Part shown: piece by piece, positions 17,685 to 26,572 of the stretch
Layout: every line of letters begins with the position of its first letter
Numbering within the stretch: position 1 is the stretch's first letter
NCBI RefSeq assembly: GCF_028714975.1
Contig: NZ_JAQTLH010000005.1
Location: 53,957-117,956, forward strand
Reading direction: 5' to 3'
DNA: 64,000 nucleotides
From: Sulfurimonas sp.
GTDB lineage: Bacteria; Campylobacterota; Campylobacteria; Campylobacterales; Sulfurimonadaceae
Program-made: the position numbers and the translations under genes
The notes under the pieces: model-generated
The model's database searches: none
The model's input: only the letters and a program-made list of their open reading frames with translations
Told to the model about the DNA's origin: nothing

Positions 17685-17686
17685 TT

Positions 17687-19480
17687 ATGAAACTCCCAAA
17701 AGAGCAAGAGAGTAAGTTTAAAAAGCTGGGTATCGGCAGTTACTGCGAACTTGCTCTTATGATTCCCTCCGCTTATGAAGATTTGCGGCTTCATACCAAA
17801 CTTCAAACACATACTATGCAACTCATAGATGCAACGGTAGAGTCGGTTTACAAAGCCCCAAACTCACTTCAAGTCACATTTTTTGCCCATAATTTCGGTC
17901 ATACTATTACAGGTGTGATATTTCGCCCAAAACCATATATGATGCATCAATTTAGAGTCGGCGAGAGAGATTATTACTATGGAATGGTTGAGTGCAAAAG
18001 CGGTCAATGCACTATAAGTATGCCGAAAAAAGTTACAAATATAGGTGCTATAACACCAAAATATAAATCTCCTCTAAGAAGCGATGTGATGCTTCGTCTC
18101 ATTCAAAGCTCCCTAACAAAAGAAAATTTAATCTCAGAGGGCTTAAGGGAGGAGATAGCAGAAGAGCTTTTAAAACTGCACTTTCCGGCTTCCCAACCTC
18201 TTGAGCTAAAAAATTTAGAACCAAAAACCATAGATGCTCTTAAATATACGGAACTCTTTACCTATATGAAACAGTTATCCAATAAAAGAAGATATTTTAA
18301 GGCTTTGACTTCTACATATAACTGTTATAAAGAGTGGGCAGAAACTCTGCCGTTTAGACTGACGGATGAACAGATAAAAGCTATTGAAGATATAAAATCA
18401 GATTTTGCCAAAGAAGTTTCAGCTAGACGGATGATAGTCGGAGATGTCGGAAGCGGAAAAACGATGGTAATCCTTGCATCCGTTGTTATGATGTCAAAGG
18501 AGCGCTCTATTCTTATGGCACCAACGACGATTTTGGCAAATCAACTCTATGAAGAGGCAAAAAAATATCTCCCGACGATGAAAATTGCACTTGTTACAAA
18601 CAAAAGCAAAAATACGAATCTTGATGAGTATGACTTTATCATAGGTACTCATGCTCTGCTTTACAGAGAGCTTCCAAAAGCCTCTCTTGTTATGGTTGAC
18701 GAACAACATCGCTTTGGTACACAGCAGAGAAATTTACTAGAAAAATTGGTAAGCAGCGGGGATAAAAAGCCGCACTTTTTACAGTTTTCGGCTACTCCTA
18801 TTCCAAGAACGCAAGCTATGATTGAGACGGCGCATATTGATGTATCACTCATTACAACGACACCTTTTAAAAAAGACATAACAAGCAAAGTGATACATAA
18901 AAACGATTTTAAAGATTTGCTAGAACATATAAAGGGCGAGATAAGCAGCGGCAATCAAGTTTTATTGGTTTATCCGCTTGTTGAACAGAGTGAAGTTTTA
19001 GAGTATCAGAGTATCGATGAGGCAAGAGGATTTTGGGAAAAAAGATTTAGCAATGTTTTCGTTACGCATGGAAAAGATAAGGAAAAAGAGGAAGTTTTGC
19101 TGGAATTTGACAAAAAAGGAGATATCCTGATCGCTACAACCGTTGTCGAAGTCGGAATATCTTTGCCAAAACTCAGTACGGTTGTAGTTGTCGGTGCCGA
19201 AAGACTCGGACTATCTACTCTTCATCAGCTTCGCGGTCGTGTCAGCCGCACGGGGCTAAAAGGCTACTGTTTTTTATATACAAACAAAAGTTCATCAGAA
19301 CGACTTGATAGATTTACGCAAACGACAAGCGGATTTGATATTGCAAATCTGGATTTGAAGTTCAGAAAAAGCGGTGATTTGTTAAAAGGACACAACCAAA
19401 GCGGAAGTCAATTTAAGTGGATTGATTTGGCAGAAGATGAAGAGATAGTAAAACGAGTGAAAAGGGATTTGATGTTTTAG
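17687..19480 (+). CDS. recG: ATP-dependent DNA helicase RecG
   Basis: Wedge-type N-terminus, 'GDVGSGKT', 'VDEQHRFG', 'SATPIPRT', 'QLRGRVSR'. Confidence 0.9.
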   Translation: MKLPKEQESKFKKLGIGSYCELALMIPSAYEDLRLHTKLQTHTMQLIDATVESVYKAPNSLQVTFFAHNFGHTITGVIFRPKPYMMHQFRVGERDYYYGMVECKSGQCTISMPKKVTNIGAITPKYKSPLRSDVMLRLIQSSLTKENLISEGLREEIAEELLKLHFPASQPLELKNLEPKTIDALKYTELFTYMKQLSNKRRYFKALTSTYNCYKEWAETLPFRLTDEQIKAIEDIKSDFAKEVSARRMIVGDVGSGKTMVILASVVMMSKERSILMAPTTILANQLYEEAKKYLPTMKIALVTNKSKNTNLDEYDFIIGTHALLYRELPKASLVMVDEQHRFGTQQRNLLEKLVSSGDKKPHFLQFSATPIPRTQAMIETAHIDVSLITTTPFKKDITSKVIHKNDFKDLLEHIKGEISSGNQVLLVYPLVEQSEVLEYQSIDEARGFWEKRFSNVFVTHGKDKEKEEVLLEFDKKGDILIATTVVEVGISLPKLSTVVVVGAERLGLSTLHQLRGRVSRTGLKGYCFLYTNKSSSERLDRFTQTTSGFDIANLDLKFRKSGDLLKGHNQSGSQFKWIDLAEDEEIVKRVKRDLMF

Positions 19481-19486
19481 ATAAAT

Positions 19487-19601
19487 ATAGATTGCTTCGT
19501 CGCAGGCTCCTCGCAATGACTGTCATTGAGATTGCCGCACCTCTTACAGAGGCTCGCAATGACAGAAAAAACAGTCATTGCGAACGAACTGAAGCAATCT
19601 A
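19487..19601 (+). repeat. Intergenic palindromic repeat, family 2, copy B (expanded)
   Basis: ATAGATTGCTTCG...CTCGCAATGACTGTCATTGAGATTGCCGC...CTCGCAATGACAG...CAGTCATTGCGA...GAAGCAATCTA. The terminal inverted repeat is the same as in copy A. Confidence 0.75.
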
Positions 19602-19627
19602 AAAACTTAATTATTCAGAGAATTCTA

Positions 19628-20170
19628 CTAGTAAAGCCCAAATCTTCCGTCATTTCTTTTGTAAAGAACACGAGTTTTGCCGTCGTTGTCTATAAAAATT
19701 TCAAATAGTTTTTTGTTCTCTTTTATATCATTTAAAACATCTTCAACTTCACGAGGTTTGTAAAGTGCAAGCTCTACCGGTACTATCTCGTCTTCCATCG
19801 CTTCACCGGCTTCATGTAGGTCTATTCCTGCGCTTGCTTCGCTTTTAGCTTCATTTATTCCGTCTTTATGATGTCCGTTATCTTTGTCATGCATACGGCG
19901 CATTGCTTTTTGAGCTCTTGCGGTTGCCAAATCTATAGCAGCGTAAAGATCTTCATCATTTTGTTTTATAACTACAGAGTTTTTATGTGCCAAGTTTATA
20001 ACAAATTCTATAATAAATAGAGGTTTGCCTTTTTTTGTTTGGCTTGTTGCGATTAGATTTACGGATATTATGTCCATATTGTATTTGCTAAGTGTTTCGA
20101 TGGATGAGTTCATGTGAGCTTTGATAGCATCTGTTAGTTCTACATGTCTTCCGGTTAATGATATATTCAT
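19628..20170 (-). CDS. hpf: Ribosome hibernation promoting factor (long HPF)
   Basis: 'MNISLTGRHVELTDAIKAHM' S30AE N-domain plus a C-terminal dimerisation domain 'VPVELALYKPREVEDVL...DGKTRVLYKRNDGRFGLY'. Confidence 0.85.
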   Translation of the reverse strand: MNISLTGRHVELTDAIKAHMNSSIETLSKYNMDIISVNLIATSQTKKGKPLFIIEFVINLAHKNSVVIKQNDEDLYAAIDLATARAQKAMRRMHDKDNGHHKDGINEAKSEASAGIDLHEAGEAMEDEIVPVELALYKPREVEDVLNDIKENKKLFEIFIDNDGKTRVLYKRNDGRFGLY

Positions 20171-20287
20171 GGTAAATCCTTTAGTTGTAAATGAGGAGTA
20201 TTAGGTTTCTTTCACGGCTTAAAAACTAAATTTTAAATTATGAAAGAAATTTATTATATCATTAAATACTTTACAATATTTTACAAT

Positions 20288-20743
20288 TTATAGTTTTTGG
20301 ATAGTTCTTCTAAAGTAGTGAATAGGTTCAGCCGTGATATTTGCATCGGTTCTTACACTCACCGTTATATCCATTAATACGGAGCCGTTTTGTTCGGGAG
20401 TTATTACATTTACATAGTCTGTGCATGTTCCGACTGTTGAGTTATAAACATATCTCATAGTAACATTAGCATCGTAGATACCATCAAAGGTAGTGCTAAA
20501 ACTATTTTGACATCCATTTTGTGCAATATTTAAGAGCGCCATCTCCGCACTGCTTTTTGAGTATAAAACAGCTTGTTCGTAAAGATATAAATCTGTTGTT
20601 CTTTTGCTAGTTTGGGTTGTCAGTGAAAGTGAGAGAGCCATAATAGTTGTTATTATTACTATAACGGCTATTGCCATAATCATAGCAAAGCCGCTTCTGC
20701 TTTTATGAGGATTGATTTTTAAAATATTGTTTTTTCTTTGCAT
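20288..20743 (-). CDS. PilX/GspK-like minor pseudopilin
   Basis: N-terminus 'RSGFAMIMAIAVIVIITTIMALSL' (a prepilin-like hydrophobic helix). Its start overlaps the upstream gene by 25 nt. Confidence 0.55.
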   Translation of the reverse strand: MQRKNNILKINPHKSRSGFAMIMAIAVIVIITTIMALSLSLTTQTSKRTTDLYLYEQAVLYSKSSAEMALLNIAQNGCQNSFSTTFDGIYDANVTMRYVYNSTVGTCTDYVNVITPEQNGSVLMDITVSVRTDANITAEPIHYFRRTIQKL

Positions 20744-21615
20744 AAAGAATAATCCTCCACTAAATCAGAATTTACACACACCTGTATTTTAACTATTGCA
20801 CCAACCGCTTTAAATCTAAATGTACTTACATGATCCATGATTTTTACGCTTTTTGTAGTATTGGCATCATATCTCTCGCCCTTCCAAGGCTGATAATCAT
20901 AATAGAGCATAAGCGTACCTGTTTTTGTAGCTGCATTGTAGTCGCTTATTCCAACGGCATAGGCACTCCACGCAAGTTGATAATATTCATAAATATTTGC
21001 ACCTGTAAAATTTACTCCGCCAATTCCAGATACAAATCTTGATAAATTCGCATCTGCATTTATTGGGTGCATCACGCTGGTGTTATGATCAGTTAAAGCA
21101 GTACCGTTCCAACCATAGTTATTAATATCGCTATCGGAACCTATAAAATAGAGAGCTGCATCATTTATACCGCTGCCACCGCTAGAGAGTGCGCCTATTA
21201 GCGTATTTAAAGCTCCCGTATCGGTTCCGGGAGATACTAAAGTAGTGGCACTTGAAGGATCCAAATCAATAATCCCGCTCCAGTGAGGCAGAGTTGATGA
21301 ATTTCCGCGAAGACCGTCAATGTCACCGCCAACCCATTCCAATATCGGGGCAGTACCTGCCGTATAACCTGCAAGAGCGCTAAATGTAAAATCTGTTTCC
21401 CTTGCTATTACAGAATCTTTTATGCGATACTGAAGTCTTGAAGCTATCGTCTCGACAGCTGCGGCACTATTTGATTGCAAAGCATTGTTTACACTTGAGA
21501 AGATAAAGCTTCTGTAAGCTTGAGATAAAAGTTCAACGCCAAATTTAGCAAGAATTCCCATGATTACTATAACAAAGATAAGCTCTAAAAGCGTAAAGGC
21601 ATACCTACGCATCAA
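20719..21615 (-). CDS. Prepilin-type N-terminal cleavage/methylation domain protein (minor pilin)
   Basis: 'RRYAFTLLELIFVIVIMGILA', the canonical class III signal with E at +5. Confidence 0.75.
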   Translation of the reverse strand: MMRRYAFTLLELIFVIVIMGILAKFGVELLSQAYRSFIFSSVNNALQSNSAAAVETIASRLQYRIKDSVIARETDFTFSALAGYTAGTAPILEWVGGDIDGLRGNSSTLPHWSGIIDLDPSSATTLVSPGTDTGALNTLIGALSSGGSGINDAALYFIGSDSDINNYGWNGTALTDHNTSVMHPINADANLSRFVSGIGGVNFTGANIYEYYQLAWSAYAVGISDYNAATKTGTLMLYYDYQPWKGERYDANTTKSVKIMDHVSTFRFKAVGAIVKIQVCVNSDLVEDYSLCKEKTIF

Positions 21616-22232
21616 AATCTCCTCTTAAAGTAATCTACTTCACCGATATTGGCGCTATATGTATTTAGCAATGTGATAATGTCTCCACTTGAATTCTTTA
21701 CAGTTACGGTAATTTTCTTGGTATAACCTGTTCTTGTAATACTCACATTTCTAGTATAGGTATTTTTGTAACCAGCTGCTTCCGAATTAGTGTTGTCAAA
21801 TATATCTAAATAACCTGTCGTAGCAGCATTGTCTAGGTTTGGAAAAATAGTATCATTTGTATCGGCTGGGTCAATTGCCAGATTTTCCAAGCATCTTCTA
21901 TGGTAGGGTTGAGCAATATGTCCAAGCCTCAGTCTGTATCTTTGGTTTGAAGCATTATTTTCACAATCGTCATTAATGTCAATAACTCTCGAATATCTGC
22001 TTAGATTGCTGTCATACATAGAATTTTTATCCCAATAGTATGATGTTGCACCTGTCAACTCTGCAGAAGCTGCAAAAATAGCCTCTTGAACTATGTTATT
22101 TTCTATACCCTTTGAGGTAACCTGAATCATCACCGGAAGAGATAGCACGGCAATAGAGATAATAACAATAGCAAATATAAGCTCTATCATAGTAAAAGCA
22201 AATCTACCAAAAGTGTTTTTTCTACTTACCAC
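21612..22232 (-). CDS. Prepilin-type N-terminal cleavage/methylation domain protein (minor pilin)
   Basis: 'GRFAFTMIELIFAIVIISIAVL'. 4-nt ATGA-type overlap with the downstream gene and 7-nt overlap with the upstream gene. Confidence 0.75.
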   Translation of the reverse strand: MVSRKNTFGRFAFTMIELIFAIVIISIAVLSLPVMIQVTSKGIENNIVQEAIFAASAELTGATSYYWDKNSMYDSNLSRYSRVIDINDDCENNASNQRYRLRLGHIAQPYHRRCLENLAIDPADTNDTIFPNLDNAATTGYLDIFDNTNSEAAGYKNTYTRNVSITRTGYTKKITVTVKNSSGDIITLLNTYSANIGEVDYFKRRF

Positions 22233-25111
22233 ATAGTTCTCCTATTAGTTTTTACACCGCCTACGCTCTTTGTAGTTGTATTGGTTTCATGTTCACCCGT
22301 CCAGTTTCCGGCACGGTCAAACTCGACTTGAAATTCGTTTGTCGTAGCACTTGGGTTGTACTCATTTTGTATTAACCAGTTAGATGCGTTGTTATCCATA
22401 CTTGTTTTGTATGGATAACCCTTGCTTCCGCTATATGTTAAATTGGTTTTAGACGGATTGGCAACAGTCGGTGCCGTCGCGCTTACCGTACCTCCGGCTC
22501 CCACTTTTTGGGTAACGGTACCTGCCGTCCCGTCAGTTGGAGTGATATGCATACCGTTTACAAACCATCTTACATCATCGGTTCTTGTAGAGTTTACTCC
22601 GTTTGGGAGCAGTGTTTTATTGCAGCCGCTCTCAAAACAGTAAGATTCAAAGTAGATGTTTGCCGTATACGGCGCATCGGTAGGCACATCAAATCTTTGT
22701 CTTGAGGCATGTGTGCGACCGAAGAGAAATGTAGCGTTGCTGTCTGCCGAATTTGTACCGTTTACAGCATCAACATCGGTTACATTCGTATCCGTAACAA
22801 CTACCATGAAAGGATTTGCAACTTTTGTTACATTTCTGTCAAAATTTATTTTATAGTTAAATTGCGCCGTTCCGTTTGTATCATTGCTGTCAAACTGCGT
22901 GCTTAAAAATGGTATCGGGTACTGTGTGGTTGTTCCATTTAACAAAACTGAGCCGTTGTTGTCAGGGTTAGAGTGATACCAAATCATTTTGGTCAGCGCA
23001 CCTGTAGGTGTAACTACTATCGGGTTAGTTAAGCCAAGAGTTACATTACCGTTTTTTGCATAGCACTGAGATGTGTAATTGGAGGTAATATTATTATCCG
23101 CACGCCTTGCCGAGACATTCAAATCCAGTGATGCCGAAATAGTGCGGTTTTGAGTCGTGTTGTGATCTTCAAAGTTAGAGAGATAGGTAAACCCGCTTGA
23201 ACCGTTAGTTAAATTTCCGTCAATTACAAAATGATCAGGGATTACTTTGATTTGTTGTGTATACGGAGATATTAAACGGAGTGAGACACTTGTATCATCA
23301 GCGTCTACAAGTGCAAACTCCGAGCCGACTATTTCATGCATAGTTACATTAAAATCACCTACATTGCTTAATGTATAGCTATTAGTAACCGTTCCGTTAG
23401 TAAAATTAATATTCGGACTAAAGCTTATGTTCATATCTTGGCAGACTTTTGCAGGGTTGCTTATATTTACATCGACTACAAATGAAGTGTGTTCCGTTTC
23501 GTTGTAGTCTTGCGTTCCTGTTCCGCCGAATCTATTTGCACGGAAAGTTAAAGATGCCGGTGTTCCTGCCGTAAATATTTGATTTGCAACAATAGTACTG
23601 TTAAAATCGTTTGGACGGATGGCAAAGTTGTCCACCGAGCGAACTAAAGGCGTCGCTCCAAGTGTACATTCATAACATCCGTATTTATGGTCATATATCG
23701 GATCGTATCCGGGAAAGTTCGGATCTCCTCCCCCGCTATAGCCGTGATGACTCGGCTCACATGGTTGCCCGTGTTGCACTTTACATCTATCAAATGCTTC
23801 CTGATGAAACGCATCTAAATATTGAACATCCGATGAGACGCACGACGGCATTCCCGGAACTGCATTGCCTCCAGTTGAACTGTTTTGTAAACAATTCGGT
23901 CCACCCGCAATAATAAGAGCCTGATAATCAAGATATTTCATTAAAATATAAGCCTCTTTTTTGGCAACTGATGGTACGGTAAATAACGGGCTGGTACCGC
24001 TCATACTTCCTTTTGCTATTACTGCAGCCAACGGCTCTGTAGGAACTGTTTGATTATACAGTCTAGTAATCGTATTGGTAGCAGGATAATAAACATATAG
24101 AAAAACAGGCATATCGGCTGCATTATAAACAGCATTTGCCGTTAAATCGGAACCGAGATATACCGCATCAAGCGTCATATTGGTTTTGCTTGCAATCTTT
24201 GTTTTTATAACTGCTTGATAAAAAGGAGTTCCGACGGTAGATTGATAAGTATCGACAACATCTACAACACCGGGGGAATAAACAATTGGCGTTCCTCCAC
24301 CGCCGCTAGCATCATCATTCTCAATTGTTCCGGTTGCAGTAGCATGGGCGGAGTCTATTGAACCAGAAGTGGTAGTCAAAAGAGTTATTGTAAAAGTCTC
24401 ATTATTTTCAAAATTCGTGTCTCCTATAATCCCTACCATTGGAACAGCTATCATTCCTGCCGGTGTTCCAGATGGAAGAGTAAACGAATAAGTTGCTCCG
24501 TTAGTTCTATTGGTGTCATTGATATCTGTAGTAACATCGTTAAATCGGTACCCTATGGTTGTTGAGCTTGTTAATGAAGTGTTTAATGTAATTGGAAAAC
24601 TTATAACAGTAGTTCCACTATTGCCTTCCTCAATCGATGCATTACCAATAGAAATAGCTAGAGGAGGGGTGATATTTAAAATATTAACAGTCGCAGTCGT
24701 ATTTGGTAATGTGACACTTTGAGCGGAATTCGTATTATCGGTAAGATTGATACTAAACAATACATCAGAACTGATTGCCGCATCTGATTTAACAACAACG
24801 CTAAATGTTTTATTGACGGGAGCAGCATTTTTAGTAAATGTAATAGTGCCAGATGTTGCTGTAAAATTTGTTGGTGAAACAGCCGTTGCGTTTGTAGTTG
24901 TATAATTTATTACAATATCTTTCTGATTAGGAGCTACATTTATTGAAAGTGTATATGTTATCGTCACATCCCCAGAACCCTCAGTTACAGATGTGCTTAA
25001 CGGTGAAAATGTTACAGTTGGGTTGTTTGATGCTCCCCACCCCGACACGGCAAACATCATAATAAGCCCAAAAACTGCAAACAATCGCACCAAAAATTTT
25101 AAAGTTTTCAT
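22226..25111 (-). CDS. Large secreted Calx-beta-domain adhesin-like protein (possible pilus tip / PilY1-analogous component)
   Basis: The ORF track extends to 25144. The ATG at 25111 (MKTLKFLVRLFAVFGLIMMFAVSGWGA, GGAGAA RBS) is preferred. N-terminal repeats 'TVTFSPLSTSVTEGSGDVTITYTLS' and 'ISIGNASIEEGNSGTTVISFPITL' are Calx-beta-like. The C-terminal half is Asn/Thr-rich. Confidence 0.7.
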   Translation of the reverse strand: MKTLKFLVRLFAVFGLIMMFAVSGWGASNNPTVTFSPLSTSVTEGSGDVTITYTLSINVAPNQKDIVINYTTTNATAVSPTNFTATSGTITFTKNAAPVNKTFSVVVKSDAAISSDVLFSINLTDNTNSAQSVTLPNTTATVNILNITPPLAISIGNASIEEGNSGTTVISFPITLNTSLTSSTTIGYRFNDVTTDINDTNRTNGATYSFTLPSGTPAGMIAVPMVGIIGDTNFENNETFTITLLTTTSGSIDSAHATATGTIENDDASGGGGTPIVYSPGVVDVVDTYQSTVGTPFYQAVIKTKIASKTNMTLDAVYLGSDLTANAVYNAADMPVFLYVYYPATNTITRLYNQTVPTEPLAAVIAKGSMSGTSPLFTVPSVAKKEAYILMKYLDYQALIIAGGPNCLQNSSTGGNAVPGMPSCVSSDVQYLDAFHQEAFDRCKVQHGQPCEPSHHGYSGGGDPNFPGYDPIYDHKYGCYECTLGATPLVRSVDNFAIRPNDFNSTIVANQIFTAGTPASLTFRANRFGGTGTQDYNETEHTSFVVDVNISNPAKVCQDMNISFSPNINFTNGTVTNSYTLSNVGDFNVTMHEIVGSEFALVDADDTSVSLRLISPYTQQIKVIPDHFVIDGNLTNGSSGFTYLSNFEDHNTTQNRTISASLDLNVSARRADNNITSNYTSQCYAKNGNVTLGLTNPIVVTPTGALTKMIWYHSNPDNNGSVLLNGTTTQYPIPFLSTQFDSNDTNGTAQFNYKINFDRNVTKVANPFMVVVTDTNVTDVDAVNGTNSADSNATFLFGRTHASRQRFDVPTDAPYTANIYFESYCFESGCNKTLLPNGVNSTRTDDVRWFVNGMHITPTDGTAGTVTQKVGAGGTVSATAPTVANPSKTNLTYSGSKGYPYKTSMDNNASNWLIQNEYNPSATTNEFQVEFDRAGNWTGEHETNTTTKSVGGVKTNRRTMW

Positions 25112-25298
25112 CTTATTCTCCGATAAAAATATTGCCACACTCAAACTTCATTTACAGAAAATTAAATCACAACAAAAATATATATTTAACATACTACTAT
25201 TATACAAACAAAAACGCTTAGTAGCCGCTTAAATGAAGTTTAGAATAGGTTTTTTGTGGTATTGATTTGGTTTGAACAAAACAGATTTTTAAAAAAAA

Positions 25299-25706
25299 TC
25301 AGTTAATTGTGCTTGCTTTTATCTCTTTTATAAAGTTCTTAAAATCATCTATCGACTCTAAAAAGGCGTATAGTTTTTCAGAATCAATTGTAGCATATTC
25401 GTGAATTAGAAGATTTCTAAGCCCTATCATACTTATATATTTTTTTACATGCGTTGTGTTTAAAAAGTTGAATTTTCCAAGAAGTTCTATACATTCTCTA
25501 TAGTTTTGAGGATTTCCAAGATTGTAATAACTTGTTATTTTACAACTAATGTCTATCATTATTTGAATGGATTCAAATAGACCATATCGGAGTTCCCATT
25601 CATAGCGTTTATTTGCAGTAATATCTTCTAGTTTAACATCCTCTTTTATATTTTCTAATATGGAAATATTTTCTTCAAGCAGTTTTAATTTTTGCAATAG
25701 TTCCAT
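25299..25706 (-). CDS. hepT: HEPN/DUF86 toxin (HepT), pair 2
   Basis: R-x4-H motif 'GLRNLLIHEY'. About 135 aa. Overlaps the upstream nucleotidyltransferase gene. Confidence 0.8.
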   Translation of the reverse strand: MELLQKLKLLEENISILENIKEDVKLEDITANKRYEWELRYGLFESIQIMIDISCKITSYYNLGNPQNYRECIELLGKFNFLNTTHVKKYISMIGLRNLLIHEYATIDSEKLYAFLESIDDFKNFIKEIKASTIN

Positions 25707-26136
25707 TTTTTACCCTTTCAAGGAATGCTATGTTTTGATCTTCTATGACATGTTGAAAATCCAAATAGTAATGCAGCGCATTTAGTTTAAAGTCACTGTA
25801 TGCCCCAGTGTCATTTATATATACAGGTTTATGAGATTGATATATATTATATGCAAGAAGAGGAGATTTTTTATATAGATTGTTTAGTATTACTAAATCA
25901 GTTTTTAGGGCTAGTGTTGATTCTAAGTTTGAGATAATTTCACCGAGTTCAAATATATCTATATCTTTTTTGGTTTGTATAGCGATATCAATATCGCTCA
26001 TATCGTTTTGTTTATTTAGAGCGTATGAACCGAAAATCAAAACATTTGTTATAAAATCGTACCGACTCAACAACTTTTGAAGTTTTAACTCTATATTCAC
26101 AGATACGACCTTGCTTTTAAAACGCATAATTTTCAA
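25675..26136 (-). CDS. mntA: Minimal nucleotidyltransferase antitoxin (MntA), pair 2
   Basis: 'IFGSYALNKQNDMSDIDIAI', the GS-x(n)-DxD pol-beta NTase motif. Confidence 0.8.
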   Translation of the reverse strand: MKIMRFKSKVVSVNIELKLQKLLSRYDFITNVLIFGSYALNKQNDMSDIDIAIQTKKDIDIFELGEIISNLESTLALKTDLVILNNLYKKSPLLAYNIYQSHKPVYINDTGAYSDFKLNALHYYLDFQHVIEDQNIAFLERVKNGTIAKIKTA

Positions 26137-26572
26137 TCCGTTTACGGATTACACTGTTTTCTTGAAATGGACGAACTAAAAAACTCTCCAATAAAAGATA
26201 GTCTTGATTTCCAACAATATTTAACACAACTTTCCGATCCAAATCCATATAATCATGCACTATTGCATTTCTAAAGCCGAAAAAACGGCGGATTTGCACA
26301 AATTCCTCATCTTCATAAAAACCTACATTTTTAAGTATCTCGGCGCTATCATATCCGCTTGGCGGGATAATCGGAGAGTTATAATGTTGCAGCACTTTTT
26401 TGCACCTGCCAATCAGATTTTCTATCATAATCTGTAAACTCCTCACAGCTGCTCTAGTCTGCATCTCGTCTAAAGTTTCATTTTGCTTGAAGTACCGATA
26501 CAGAGTATCTAAAATGGTTCTCTCTTCAATCGCTACTGCTTTGGTTCTATCCAAGAAGTTGTGAAATGTCAC
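26117..26572 (-). CDS. hepT: HEPN/DUF86 toxin (HepT), pair 1
   Basis: R-x4-H motif 'GFRNAIVHDY'. 151 aa. Confidence 0.8.
   Translation of the reverse strand: MTFHNFLDRTKAVAIEERTILDTLYRYFKQNETLDEMQTRAAVRSLQIMIENLIGRCKKVLQHYNSPIIPPSGYDSAEILKNVGFYEDEEFVQIRRFFGFRNAIVHDYMDLDRKVVLNIVGNQDYLLLESFLVRPFQENSVIRKRIENYAF

Noticed and set aside
19526-19708. 60-aa + strand ORF after recG.
   Set aside because: It is made of the palindromic family 2 repeat and then runs antisense into hpf. It is an artefact.
22422-24722. Multiple 65-100-aa + strand ORFs inside the adhesin gene.
   Set aside because: They are antisense to a 961-aa ORF that has a signal peptide and Calx-beta repeats, and they have no independent support.
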